Positions 30,093 through 41,522 of a stretch of DNA of 64,000 nucleotides are shown piece after piece (the stretch's first letter is position 1; each line of letters begins with the position of its first letter). Origin of the DNA: Candidatus Versatilivoraceae bacterium (GTDB taxonomy: Bacteria; Acidobacteriota; Terriglobia; Versatilivoradales; Versatilivoraceae); assembly GCA_965197895.1 (NCBI GenBank), contig OZ240232.1, positions 2,389,522-2,453,521 of the forward strand. The letters run 5' to 3'. The position numbers and the translations under genes were made by a program. The notes beneath the pieces were generated by a model that made no database searches, was not told the origin of the DNA, and was given only the letters and a program-made list of their open reading frames with translations.

Positions 30093-30372
30093 CTATTTCT
30101 CCTGCGTCAGCAGTTCCCTCAGCTTCTCGTAGACATCACGTCGGGGCCCGATGTAAACGACCGTCACCCCCTGGGATTCAGGTCGGTAGACAATTCGGTG
30201 CCGTGCGACTGGGAAAGACCACAGGCCGGCGAGTTCCGCAGTCAGAGGTTTTCCCTGAAACGGATGTTTTCGAAGATCATCCAACGCGGAGCGGATGGCT
30301 TTCTTCGGCGTCGGATGAAGTTGGCGCAAAACCTCTTGTGCGGCTCGGGAAACAAAAACTAAGGAAGGTCAC
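30093..30372 (-). pseudogene. RelE/ParE toxin with an apparent frameshift near the start
   Basis: GKPLTAELAGLWSFPVARHRIVY...IGPRRDVY; the GTG near the antitoxin 3' end is out of frame. Confidence 0.65.
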
Positions 30373-30637
30373 AATCCTCGAAGGCCTCTTCCAGGCTCAC
30401 AACCCGCCCGGCGGTGACGTCGTTCAGACCCTCTCGGATCCCCTCAACCATCGCCGGATCGGCAAGTATGTCGATGGTCTCCCGCAGGCCTTCGAAATCC
30501 TGGTAGGGGAGCAAAACCGCCTTTGGCACACCATTCTTCGTGATGACCACCTTGGAGTGCTGCTCTTCGATGCGGCGGAGAACATCGAGGAGATGTGACT
30601 TCGCCGTCGATACGGGGATGTATTCGTCAACAGACAT
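30359..30637 (-). CDS. Phd/YefM antitoxin
   Basis: STAKSHLLDVL...VVITKNGVPKAVLL...LRETIDIL. Confidence 0.9.
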   Translation of the reverse strand: MSVDEYIPVSTAKSHLLDVLRRIEEQHSKVVITKNGVPKAVLLPYQDFEGLRETIDILADPAMVEGIREGLNDVTAGRVVSLEEAFEDCDLP

Positions 30638-30887
30638 GGTAGAAATTATGGCTGGGATTGTGACCATTGTCAACGGGCGATCGGCGGTCACGAGCCTGAC
30701 CGGAACACCTCTGCGGTCCTGTCCGCAATTCTGTCGCGGTAGTTGGCCAGTGCCCGGTGACTGACGGTATTCCTCTCTCGGAGGACCTGTACTTTTTGGA
30801 GGAGCGAAACCACGCAGACAGTGCCGGGGTGGGTATGCCTCTCCTTGGGGGGTATTCGACCGCGCCGAGGGCAGGGGAGTAGGCTCC

Positions 30888-31172
30888 TCAGCCGGGGCTC
30901 TCTTCATCCTTCTCCTGGATCTGCTTTAGGAAGGATTGCCCCCGGTCCTGCAGCTTCTTCTCCAGCCGTTCAGTGCATTCACAGGCGGTACAACCCCAGG
31001 GCTCCTCGCCGTTCAGGTCCCGGCAGCGGTTGCGGTCGTGGGCGTCCTGCACCCGGTCCAGGTCGAAATACTCCTCCCAGTAGGGCCGTTCCTCCTGCAG
31101 GGGAGTCGGGCAGAAGCAGACTTCGACCCAGCGTAGCCGACCGTCAGCCATCCTGCGGGCCTGCTTTATGTA
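30888..31172 (-). pseudogene. 5'-truncated paralog of the Cys-rich protein at 35805-36203
   Basis: WVEVCFCPTPLQEER...RCRDLNGEEPW shared with the intact copy. Confidence 0.7.
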
Positions 31173-31663
31173 CTTGGTTGATAGTCGTTCTGAGATCCTT
31201 ACTTGAGGATCCTATTCCCGAGCCGGCAGATAGGCTCCGTCGTCGCTTCGTTCCAAGCGAGCCCCGCCGTCGTTGATCACTCCGTAAGTCGGGAACGGAT
31301 TGTTGCCGGAGATCTTCTCGACCCGCACATACCCCTGCGTAGTTCCCCTGCCGTACTTGGCCAGGATGCCGCCGGTCAGCAGCGCCCACACGGCAAGATT
31401 GGCGGGAGCTTCAAGGATCAGCAATGGGCGCCAGCACTCATCGGCCCGTGCTTCAATCCGGCCCAACGTTTCGACGACCTCTTCAGGTGCGTCTTTCTTG
31501 AGATATGCCATTCACCGCCTCCGTGCGCAAGGGGCTGCTGACCACCGACCGTGATGACAAGTGCCAACGCCGTCACCATGACGACCATCATGATGATGAT
31601 CGTCATCATCGCGTCCCGACGCCGTGCCACCCGCGGTTCACGAAGACGACGCTGGAAGCCCGC

Positions 31664-33232
31664 TCAGGAGCGGCGGCCTGATGCCGGAACCACCGGCGCA
31701 GACTGACCCCGTAAGCCGGCCTCAACCAGCGCGCCCAGGAACGCGGCAAAGGGACGTATATCCTGTTTCACGCTGGCTGATTCCAGCGCGCCCATGTAAT
31801 CGTCGCGTCGCTCCAACGGAATGATCGTCCAGGGATAGCCTCCTGATGCGAGCATGACGTTCATCAGGAAGCGCCCCATCCGCCCGTTGCCATCCATGTA
31901 GGGATGGGTATAGACGAAGGTGAAGTGCCCGAGCACCACGCGCACGGCCGGCTCCGCCTCGCCTTCCAGAAGATCAAACAAAGCTGGCATGCCATCGCGC
32001 ACCGCCTCGCGCGGCGGCGGCACATGCATAGACCGGCGAATATAGACCGGGCCGCTTCTGTAGCCGGCCAGATCCACGGCACGGATGACTCCCGCCGTGA
32101 CGCTCGGTCCGAACAGACGCCGGTGCCATTCGGCGTGGTCCTCGCGGCCAACACTGCCTGCGTTGCTGCCACCAAGCACCGTTTCAACGCTCCTCCTAAC
32201 GCTGATGAACGCATCGTAATAGCCGCGCGCAGCCAGTGCGTTCCGGTTTTCGCGGTCTTCTACGTTCTGATCAGGGTTCCATGCGCCGTTGCGCACCCGC
32301 TCGATGAGTTCGGGACTGACCCGGTACCCTTCGATCGACAGGGAGTGGTAGGCGTCGCTGACATAGATGTCCTCGACGGCCTTCAGATACGGACCCGGCT
32401 CGCCGGGGCGCCCGGGCGGGGCGGGGAAGGCTTCCAGCACGCGCTCTCGCATGGCCTCCCACATGAGCCGGATGCGGTTGACGTAGGGTGAGGCGCCGTG
32501 CGTGGCCAGCACGATGTCCGGCCTGTCCTCAAACGGATCGCTCTCGCGCACTGTGTAGCCGGCGGTTTCCATCGTCTTGACGATCTCGTCGGCAAGGCGT
32601 GCGCGTCCGGCATTCCTGAACGCACCGGCCAGCCGCCCGGCAATCGTGCTGTGACCTCCCACGAGCAGCAGCGCCAGCACATCCGATGCATCCTTGATTG
32701 TGGCCATCGCCGCGCGCACATCCGTTGACGCTCGCCGGAAGAACTGTTCCGATACGGCCACCAGCGCCGCGGCCACGGAGTACAGACGCAGGCCGTCGCA
32801 TTTGGCGACTTCGTTTTCGACCGGCATGGCGTTGCGCACATCAAAGACCGCTGTCCCGTGCAGCAGCGGTGTTGGCTTGTTCCCGCCCCTCGGCGTCCGG
32901 ACCGGCAGTTGGGCCGGCACCGTACGGTTGCCCGCATGGAGCGACAGCGACTGTTCAGGCGACAGGCACCACTCTTTGCCAAACCGCTCGCCGAGATAGG
33001 CCGCGCAGAAGTCCCAGAAGGAGGCATACCAAGCCGTACTGTCTCCCGGCGCCTCATCCGGGCTCGCCGCGATGTACCAGCCCTTGATGACATCCTTCAG
33101 GAAGCCGCTTTTAAGGAGGCGCTCCCGATGGGTGCGGCTCAGGTCACGCGAGCGGATCACCGCGAAGCCACCTCCCCGAAGGGCCTTCAGAGCCTCAAGG
33201 GATTCGGCCAGTTTGTCCTCAGGACTTGCCAT
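31664..33232 (-). CDS. Fic family protein
   Basis: HPYMDGNGRMGR Fic motif; YHSLSIEG. Confidence 0.9.
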   Translation of the reverse strand: MASPEDKLAESLEALKALRGGGFAVIRSRDLSRTHRERLLKSGFLKDVIKGWYIAASPDEAPGDSTAWYASFWDFCAAYLGERFGKEWCLSPEQSLSLHAGNRTVPAQLPVRTPRGGNKPTPLLHGTAVFDVRNAMPVENEVAKCDGLRLYSVAAALVAVSEQFFRRASTDVRAAMATIKDASDVLALLLVGGHSTIAGRLAGAFRNAGRARLADEIVKTMETAGYTVRESDPFEDRPDIVLATHGASPYVNRIRLMWEAMRERVLEAFPAPPGRPGEPGPYLKAVEDIYVSDAYHSLSIEGYRVSPELIERVRNGAWNPDQNVEDRENRNALAARGYYDAFISVRRSVETVLGGSNAGSVGREDHAEWHRRLFGPSVTAGVIRAVDLAGYRSGPVYIRRSMHVPPPREAVRDGMPALFDLLEGEAEPAVRVVLGHFTFVYTHPYMDGNGRMGRFLMNVMLASGGYPWTIIPLERRDDYMGALESASVKQDIRPFAAFLGALVEAGLRGQSAPVVPASGRRS

Positions 33233-33394
33233 ATCGCTCGTTTCTTAACCCGGCTGGTGCAGCACGATTTCCGGAGTTTCGCACTGCGCGGTTAATAGGT
33301 AATTCAGTTGTATCATTTATAGGTTATTGTGTCGATTTAGAAATAGGTTCTGCGCTGCACTCGTCAAGGCTGAAACAGTTCCAGAACCTGTCCT

Positions 33395-33929
33395 AACAGC
33401 GCCTCGACCTCGGCCTCCATCTTGGCGATGAAGGCCGTCGCGAAGGCGTTTTTTTTCTTCGCCATTGGACCCGTTGTCCCCCTCTGCCAGTCGCGCCTGG
33501 CAGAGCTGCTCGCTGAGGTCGACCAACTCCGCCGCCAAGGCGCGGAAGCGCTTGTGCTCGGCGATCTGTTCCCGCATGCGCTCCACCGCAGCCGCTGGAA
33601 TCGAGCGTGTCACGGTTTTCCCCTGGACCTTGAAGGTCAGGGACCAATAGGGGCCGTGGCCGGTCGCGCCTTCGGCTTTGCAGCGGCAACCCGGCTTGCC
33701 GCACTGCTGGAGGCGGCGAGTCAGAGAGCCGGGGGCAAGTCGCCGAGGGAGGCGAATTCCTGTTGGATCCGGTCACGCCGGAGGGTGAGAGAATCAAGGG
33801 TATGGGGGATAGGCATGAAGGCCTCCTTTCCTCCCGTATATATAACTGTAGGAATGGAGGCAACAACTCCCGTGCCGTCAATGAAGCGCCGACCATCAAT
33901 CCTTGATATCAAAAACAAGTCGTACACCC
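33395..33929 (-). mobile_element. ISKra4-like left end with a frameshifted DUF6788-type orf
   Basis: Terminal GGGTGTACGAC; CGKPGCRC...HGPYWSLT...GKTVTR. Confidence 0.6.
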
Positions 33930-34045
33930 GTATGGTTTCAAAGAGTGGCAGGGGCGATTCCTTTTTGGTACCTTGGGTGGATCCATAGCTCGATCACTCC
34001 GAGATTTCGGAGATCGAAATCAGCAGCCTCGTTCAACCCCATCAG

Positions 34046-35542
34046 ATGGACGATCCTACATCAACCGCTCAGTGGTCACTCGCCATCCATCGCGTCAGCC
34101 AGACTTCCGTCCAAGTTTGGGCAGGCACCCTGTTTCCCGCCTTGAAAATGCCTGAACGGGCCCGAGTCCGACTCTTGCGGGGAGGTCGAGTATTGAGATC
34201 GAATGCCATCCGCAAACAGGACTGGCAGCGTCCCTTCACCGGCATGGAGCGGCGTTTCTTCGCGGTGGTGGAGTTTCAAGGACTCCAGCCGTGGAACGAT
34301 TACCGCCTGAAGTTCGAGCGCTTCATCGAGGCCGATTCGCGCACCGGAATCTCCCCTCGATGGCAGCGGCTCTGCTCCGGCAGGTTTCGCACGCTGCCTT
34401 CCCGACTGCCCGAGAAGGGCCGGGACGCCTTCACCATCGGGCTGGCCAGTTGCTTCTACAGCCACCGGGACGGGGGGCGGGCGGGCGCCTCCTACAAGGC
34501 GCTCTACGAGCGCGGAGACGGGCGGGTCCGCCCCGACATCACCGTCCTTTCGGGAGATCAGGTCTATCTGGACATCGGGTTCGATTCCCTGTCCCTGATA
34601 CCGCATGAGATCCGAGAGCGCATTGCCGACGACTACGCCCTCCACTGGCAGGCGCTGGGCAGCATACTGACCCGAGGCGGCACCTGGATGTTGCCCGACG
34701 ACCACGAATATTGGAACGACTATCCCTTTACCGACTTCCCGGTCCCAACGCTGCTCAGCCTCAGACTCCCGCAGGTGCGAAAAAGCTGGACTCGCGCCGC
34801 CCAAGACGCCGTGAAAAACATCCAACGCTCCCCACGGGTGGAGTCCTTCAGTCTCGGAAACGATCTGTCGGTCTGTTTCGCCGACTTGCGCTCCTATCGT
34901 TCCGAGCAGGGGTTCCTTCCCGATCGGGACTTCCGGACACTGCTGGACTGGGCCCGCCGGCGTTCCTGCCCCGGCGTGCTGGTCCTGCCTCAGCCGCTGA
35001 TCGTGAAACGAAACCGTCTGGAGAGAAACCTGCGCAGTTATCGAGCCCAGTATGCTAGTTTGCTGGACGCCCTGAGCTCCGTTTCCCACGACGTGGTCCT
35101 CCTTAGCGGAGACGTGCACTTCGGACGGATCGCCAGCGTCCCCATCGGAAACCGGGGGACACGACTGGTCGAGATCATCTCGTCGCCCCTGTCCAACCTG
35201 ACCGGTCTCAATGGAATCGCCACCAGCACGGCCACCGATAGACCCAGGAACTTCCCTCACGATGCTGCCGCCAGAGAGCTGGGTTGGAAGCCCCGAAAGG
35301 TCAACTACTACAAGAATGGAGGGTCCAGGGGTCGCTTCTTCGTCCGGACTCGGAAAAGACACCTGCTGGGCGGGTACCCCAAGGCCCGGACCCGAGAACA
35401 TTTCATGACGGCGAGTTTCTGCCGCCGCCCCGATGCAGGCGGCATCGAATTGACGGCGAATGCCTGGCTGGTGCGTGAGACCGGGTCTGGGAATTTACCC
35501 GCCAAGAGCTTCAGAAGGCCCTTTCGTATCACCTTGAGGTGA
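34046..35542 (+). CDS. PhoD-like (alkaline phosphatase D) metallophosphoesterase
   Basis: ASCF, GDQVYLD, DDHEYWND, SGDVH. Confidence 0.8.
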   Translation: MDDPTSTAQWSLAIHRVSQTSVQVWAGTLFPALKMPERARVRLLRGGRVLRSNAIRKQDWQRPFTGMERRFFAVVEFQGLQPWNDYRLKFERFIEADSRTGISPRWQRLCSGRFRTLPSRLPEKGRDAFTIGLASCFYSHRDGGRAGASYKALYERGDGRVRPDITVLSGDQVYLDIGFDSLSLIPHEIRERIADDYALHWQALGSILTRGGTWMLPDDHEYWNDYPFTDFPVPTLLSLRLPQVRKSWTRAAQDAVKNIQRSPRVESFSLGNDLSVCFADLRSYRSEQGFLPDRDFRTLLDWARRRSCPGVLVLPQPLIVKRNRLERNLRSYRAQYASLLDALSSVSHDVVLLSGDVHFGRIASVPIGNRGTRLVEIISSPLSNLTGLNGIATSTATDRPRNFPHDAAARELGWKPRKVNYYKNGGSRGRFFVRTRKRHLLGGYPKARTREHFMTASFCRRPDAGGIELTANAWLVRETGSGNLPAKSFRRPFRITLR

Positions 35543-35804
35543 TTGGAACCTGCACCGGGTCCGCACGAGTCCGAGCCAACACGGCGCTGGTGAAGTGCGC
35601 CGCGATTTCCTCTGATCGCCCCAATGTCCGGACACCAGATCCTATGTACCCCGACGGGACTGAACCCGGTATTTGGGGCGGAGATTCGCGCGAGGCCTCG
35701 GCAGTCCGGCTTACGATCCCATCGGCGGCGAGCCTGCCTCTCAAGTCTTCAAGCCTGCCTGGCAGACTGTCCTCCATCGCAGCTCAGAAAAACAGGGGTA
35801 TGCC

Positions 35805-36203
35805 TCAGGACGGCTCATCTTCGTCCCGGCACATCAACGGTTTTAAGAAAGGTCGACCCCGACTTTTTAATTTCTCCTCCAAACGGGAAGTGCAGTCACA
35901 AGAGCAACAAGCCCAGGGCTCCTCTCCGTTCAGATCACGACAGCGGCGCCGGTCGTGAGCGTCGTGCACGCGCTCCAGGTTGAAATACTCTTCCCAGTAG
36001 GATCGTTCCTCCTGCAGGGGGGTAGGACAAAAGCAGACCTCGACCCAGCGAACCCGACCGTCCGGGAGCTGATGGGCCTGCTTCATGTTGCGAAGGTACT
36101 CGCCCCCGGCTACCGATCCCTGCCCCAGGGTTCGATCCTTGACAGCCTCAAGTAGAGGGCGCTCCCTTTTTGGTTTGAGTCGAGCGGTGACGAGGTATTT
36201 CAT
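35805..36203 (-). CDS. Cys-rich hypothetical protein, putative metal binding
   Basis: CFC...RC...CCSCDC; paralogous copy at about 31 kb. Confidence 0.75.
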   Translation of the reverse strand: MKYLVTARLKPKRERPLLEAVKDRTLGQGSVAGGEYLRNMKQAHQLPDGRVRWVEVCFCPTPLQEERSYWEEYFNLERVHDAHDRRRCRDLNGEEPWACCSCDCTSRLEEKLKSRGRPFLKPLMCRDEDEPS

Positions 36204-36468
36204 GGCCAGATTTCTGAGGTAGGTTCAGGCAAACGTCCCGGCATGGCATCGCTCTCGGGTTTCAGAGCTTCGAAAGCAATTAACCCCCATGTTACAGAGT
36301 TTTGCGGAATTGGCAAGATCCGCCAATACAGGACTTTCCCCATTTTTGGGACTTTCCATTTCACTTTTCGATTCTCCTGACGGATCTGTTTCCAATGATT
36401 TGCGTCGATTGCGGCTGGTCTTTTGGTGAAGCGCCGGCTCAACCTGTGGCTGTGGTGGCTGGACTTAG

Positions 36469-36578
36469 AAGCTAGCACAGGCATTCCTGCCTGTGAATCC
36501 AGCTAGCACAGGCATTCTTGCCGGTGAATCGAGGCCCGTGAATCAAATCCAACCACGGACAAGAATGTCCGTGCCACC
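36469..36578. repeat. REP-like palindrome cluster
   Basis: Two tandem AGCTAGCACAGGCATTC(C/T)TGCC(T/G)GTGAATC units and an inverted CACGGACAAGAATGTCCGTG. Confidence 0.6.
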
Positions 36579-36689
36579 ATGGAGAGGCTGTCAACCCATT
36601 CCATCTGGCAAATCTATTTAACCTCTGGTTTTCAATCACTTGAGACGATTTAGGGTCGTTTTTTGGGAAAAGTCCTGGAGCAAATAGGT

Positions 36690-36870
36690 AGGAAAAGCCG
36701 GATCATGCTGCTGGCCCCACAGAAAGAGAAAATGCGAGGACAACGCCAGATCGAACGCGCCGTCGTCAAAGGGCAGATCGGGGAATGACGCATCCGCATA
36801 GCCTCCTTCGGCCTTGCCCTGGGGGCAATCTTCCAGGAACCGGAGCATAGCCCCCATTCGTCGCCGGCAC
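36690..36870 (-). pseudogene. SAM-dependent methyltransferase fragment
   Basis: PDLPFDDGAFDLALSSHFLF; boundaries approximate. Confidence 0.55.
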
Positions 36871-37248
36871 GGTTCCGGAATGGACGGCACATGGGTGCGG
36901 CGGCTGCCGGCAAACTCGGCAGCCATCGAATGCCCCAAAAGATTGTAAGAGATGGCTCCGGCGGCACCCAACGCGAAACGGCCGCGGGCCAGCGCAGGAC
37001 CCTCTCGGCTGAGGCAGCCCCTTTCCCACAAACAAAGGCACGCCCAATTGACCCGCAATCGACACTGCCGTTATAGTGGACAGCCCGTTCAGACCAGCCG
37101 GGCAGACAGATTCTGTCGCAATTTCTGGTCTCATGTGAACTCGAATCGACTTGGAAACATCCTGGCCGAGTCCTCACCGGGATGCTTACAAATGCTCGGC
37201 TTGTGTCCCGGCCAATAGAGAACTCCGACCGGGGGAGGTGTTCATCGC

Positions 37249-38466
37249 ATGGCCTTGGCTGACCAGGAAAGACGGAACCAGATTCGGCGATCCCTGCGGG
37301 ATGGGCAGCTGGACGCCCTGGTGTTGCTGCATCCGGACGACATCCTGATGGCCACCGGAATGCTGCCGGGGAGCACCCACGTGGTTGCCCTGGCGGACGC
37401 CGACGGTGGAGTCACCGTTCTGACCCCCTGGTGGCGTCAACCCTTTGTGGCCGAGGAGAGTTGGGCCGATGAAATCGACTGCTTCGACTGGTGTAAGCGT
37501 GGGAGCAAGATTGATCCTGACCAGGCCGTCATCGGTTGGCTGGAGAGCCAACGTTCGCGGCGGGGGATCGAAAGGGTTGGGGCCCATCTTCGAGTGCACC
37601 ATTACGGCCCCAACAAGATGCCCTCGGAGTGTTTTACCTACGATCGGATCAGAGCGGCGCTGCCTTCCGTCTTTCCTGACCTGGAGGATGCCGGCGATCG
37701 CATCAACCAACTCAAGGCGGTCAAGACCTCCCGGGAAATCGGCATGCTCAGGCTGGCTCATGAGGTGATGAGGGCGGGAGTCCGGGCTTTCTACCAGGAG
37801 TTGAGAGCCGGGATTCGAGAAATCGACCTGGCCACCGAGGTTCATTGCGCCATCCTGAAAGAAGCTGCCTCCAAGGAAATTGCTTATATTTTCTGCGAGA
37901 TGCCCCAGATTACCTCCGGTCCCGAGCGGACCGTGATTGCCGACACCCTTTCCAACCATCCCACTTCAAGGAGACTTCGAGAGGGCGACCCGGTGCTGCT
38001 GGAACTCGGCGCCCATGCCGACGGGTACTGGGCGGACATCACCCGAGCGGCAGTGATCGGTGAGCCGACCGAATTGCAGCGAAGCCTGCACCAAGCCGTT
38101 TTGGCTGCTCAGGCAGCGGCAATCGCTGCTTACGTTCCGGGACAAAGTACGGGTGAGGAACTGTGCCAAGCCTCATGGCAGGCAATGGGCGAGGCCGGAT
38201 TCGAGCAGGGAATCACCCACTTCCTGGGTCACGGCCTGGGTTTTGCCTACCATGAAGACCGTCCGACCCTGGGTCCTGGCGAGCAGCGAGCGGTGGTGCC
38301 GGGCCAAGTGACTTCGATAGAGCCCGGGCTCTACTGGCGGGCGGAGGGCGTCCCGGTGGGCGGCATCCGGGTGGAAGAAAACGTGGTGTGGGGTGCCCGG
38401 GCCGGGGAGGTGGAAATCCTGTCGAACTTTTATCGTGGCCTGGATCAACCGGCGGGTGAAATCTGA
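37249..38466 (+). CDS. Xaa-Pro peptidase (M24 family)
   Basis: GYWADITR, HFLGHGLG...HE, SIEPGLY, GIRVEE. Confidence 0.9.
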   Translation: MALADQERRNQIRRSLRDGQLDALVLLHPDDILMATGMLPGSTHVVALADADGGVTVLTPWWRQPFVAEESWADEIDCFDWCKRGSKIDPDQAVIGWLESQRSRRGIERVGAHLRVHHYGPNKMPSECFTYDRIRAALPSVFPDLEDAGDRINQLKAVKTSREIGMLRLAHEVMRAGVRAFYQELRAGIREIDLATEVHCAILKEAASKEIAYIFCEMPQITSGPERTVIADTLSNHPTSRRLREGDPVLLELGAHADGYWADITRAAVIGEPTELQRSLHQAVLAAQAAAIAAYVPGQSTGEELCQASWQAMGEAGFEQGITHFLGHGLGFAYHEDRPTLGPGEQRAVVPGQVTSIEPGLYWRAEGVPVGGIRVEENVVWGARAGEVEILSNFYRGLDQPAGEI

Positions 38467-38624
38467 AGTCCTGATCAGGCCGGGGCGGGGAAGGACCCGT
38501 CCATTCGGTCCGGAATGGAAGCCGGAGCTTGAGACATAAGGCTTTAACGGCAGAATGGCTCCCGTGTATAATAGCGCCCCTGTGTTGAGGCTGATGAATC
38601 GCTGTGGAACCACGAGGTGGTCCG

Positions 38625-40580
<1,956 letters not shown>

Positions 40581-40691
40581 GACGGACTTCGACCTCGGGA
40601 GTCCAACGGGTGGGGAGCTGCCCGGCTGGTCCGGGAATTCAAGGCTCAAAAACACGGAAGCGACGCTATCAACCCAAGGAGGTAACAGACA

Positions 40692-41210
40692 ATGCCGCAG
40701 GAACGAGCCGGAGCCGCCACATTTCTAGGGAATCCATTGACGCTGAACGGGCCTGAACTGAAGGCGGGAGATCAAGCCCCCGATTTCACCTTAACCTCCA
40801 ACGATCTCAAGCCGGTCCGGCTGGACGATAGTGGCGGCAAGGTACGTCTCATCAGTGTGGTCCCGTCGCTGGATACTCCGGTCTGTGACCAGCAGACCCG
40901 GAAATTCAACCAGTCGGCCGCCGGTCTGGGTGACGGGGTGGTGGTTCTGACCGTCTCCGCGGATCTGCCTTTCGCCCAAAAACGCTGGTGTGGAGCCGCG
41001 GGTGTCGATCAGGTCCAGACACTGTCGGATCATCAGGAAATGTCCTTCGGAGCCAGCTATGGCACCCTGGTCAAGGAGCTTCGCCTGGAGAGTCGGGCCA
41101 TTTTCGTGGTGGACGCCGCCGGCCGGATTCGCTACGTGGAGTATGTCAAGGAGATCGCCTCTCATCCCGACTACGAGGCGGCGCTGGCTGCCGCCAAGGA
41201 CGCCGTCTAG
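40692..41210 (+). CDS. tpx: Thiol peroxidase
   Basis: PSLDTPVC, SADLPFAQKRWC. Confidence 0.95.
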   Translation: MPQERAGAATFLGNPLTLNGPELKAGDQAPDFTLTSNDLKPVRLDDSGGKVRLISVVPSLDTPVCDQQTRKFNQSAAGLGDGVVVLTVSADLPFAQKRWCGAAGVDQVQTLSDHQEMSFGASYGTLVKELRLESRAIFVVDAAGRIRYVEYVKEIASHPDYEAALAAAKDAV

Positions 41211-41522
41211 GCCCGCGACTTGAACCTTGGACCGTCCCGGGCAACGGGTGGAGGCCATTCTTGGCTCGGTATTGCCAACTCGTTGCTTGGGGACAATCCA
41301 CACCCTCCGGCACCCCCCAATCCAAGGATTTGAGGGGAGTGCTGGTGGTGGGGGATGTCCGATTCCGGTGAATTCGGAGAGCCCCCGGATATCAATCGGG
41401 ACCACCGGCGCCGGCTGTGCCACCCGGCTTTTTGCGCTCCGGGAGCCGGAGACCCACGGGCCGTTCCCATTTACCCTGCCAAACTTTTTCCCTGATTTGC
41501 AGATACCGGATTCCAACTTTAC

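Noticed and set aside
27291-31511. Integron cassette array
   Set aside because: Small TA genes are present, but orientations are mixed and I saw no intI or recurring attC sites
36469-36578. CRISPR array
   Set aside because: Only two adjacent direct units without unique spacers and no cas genes; fits REP-like repeats
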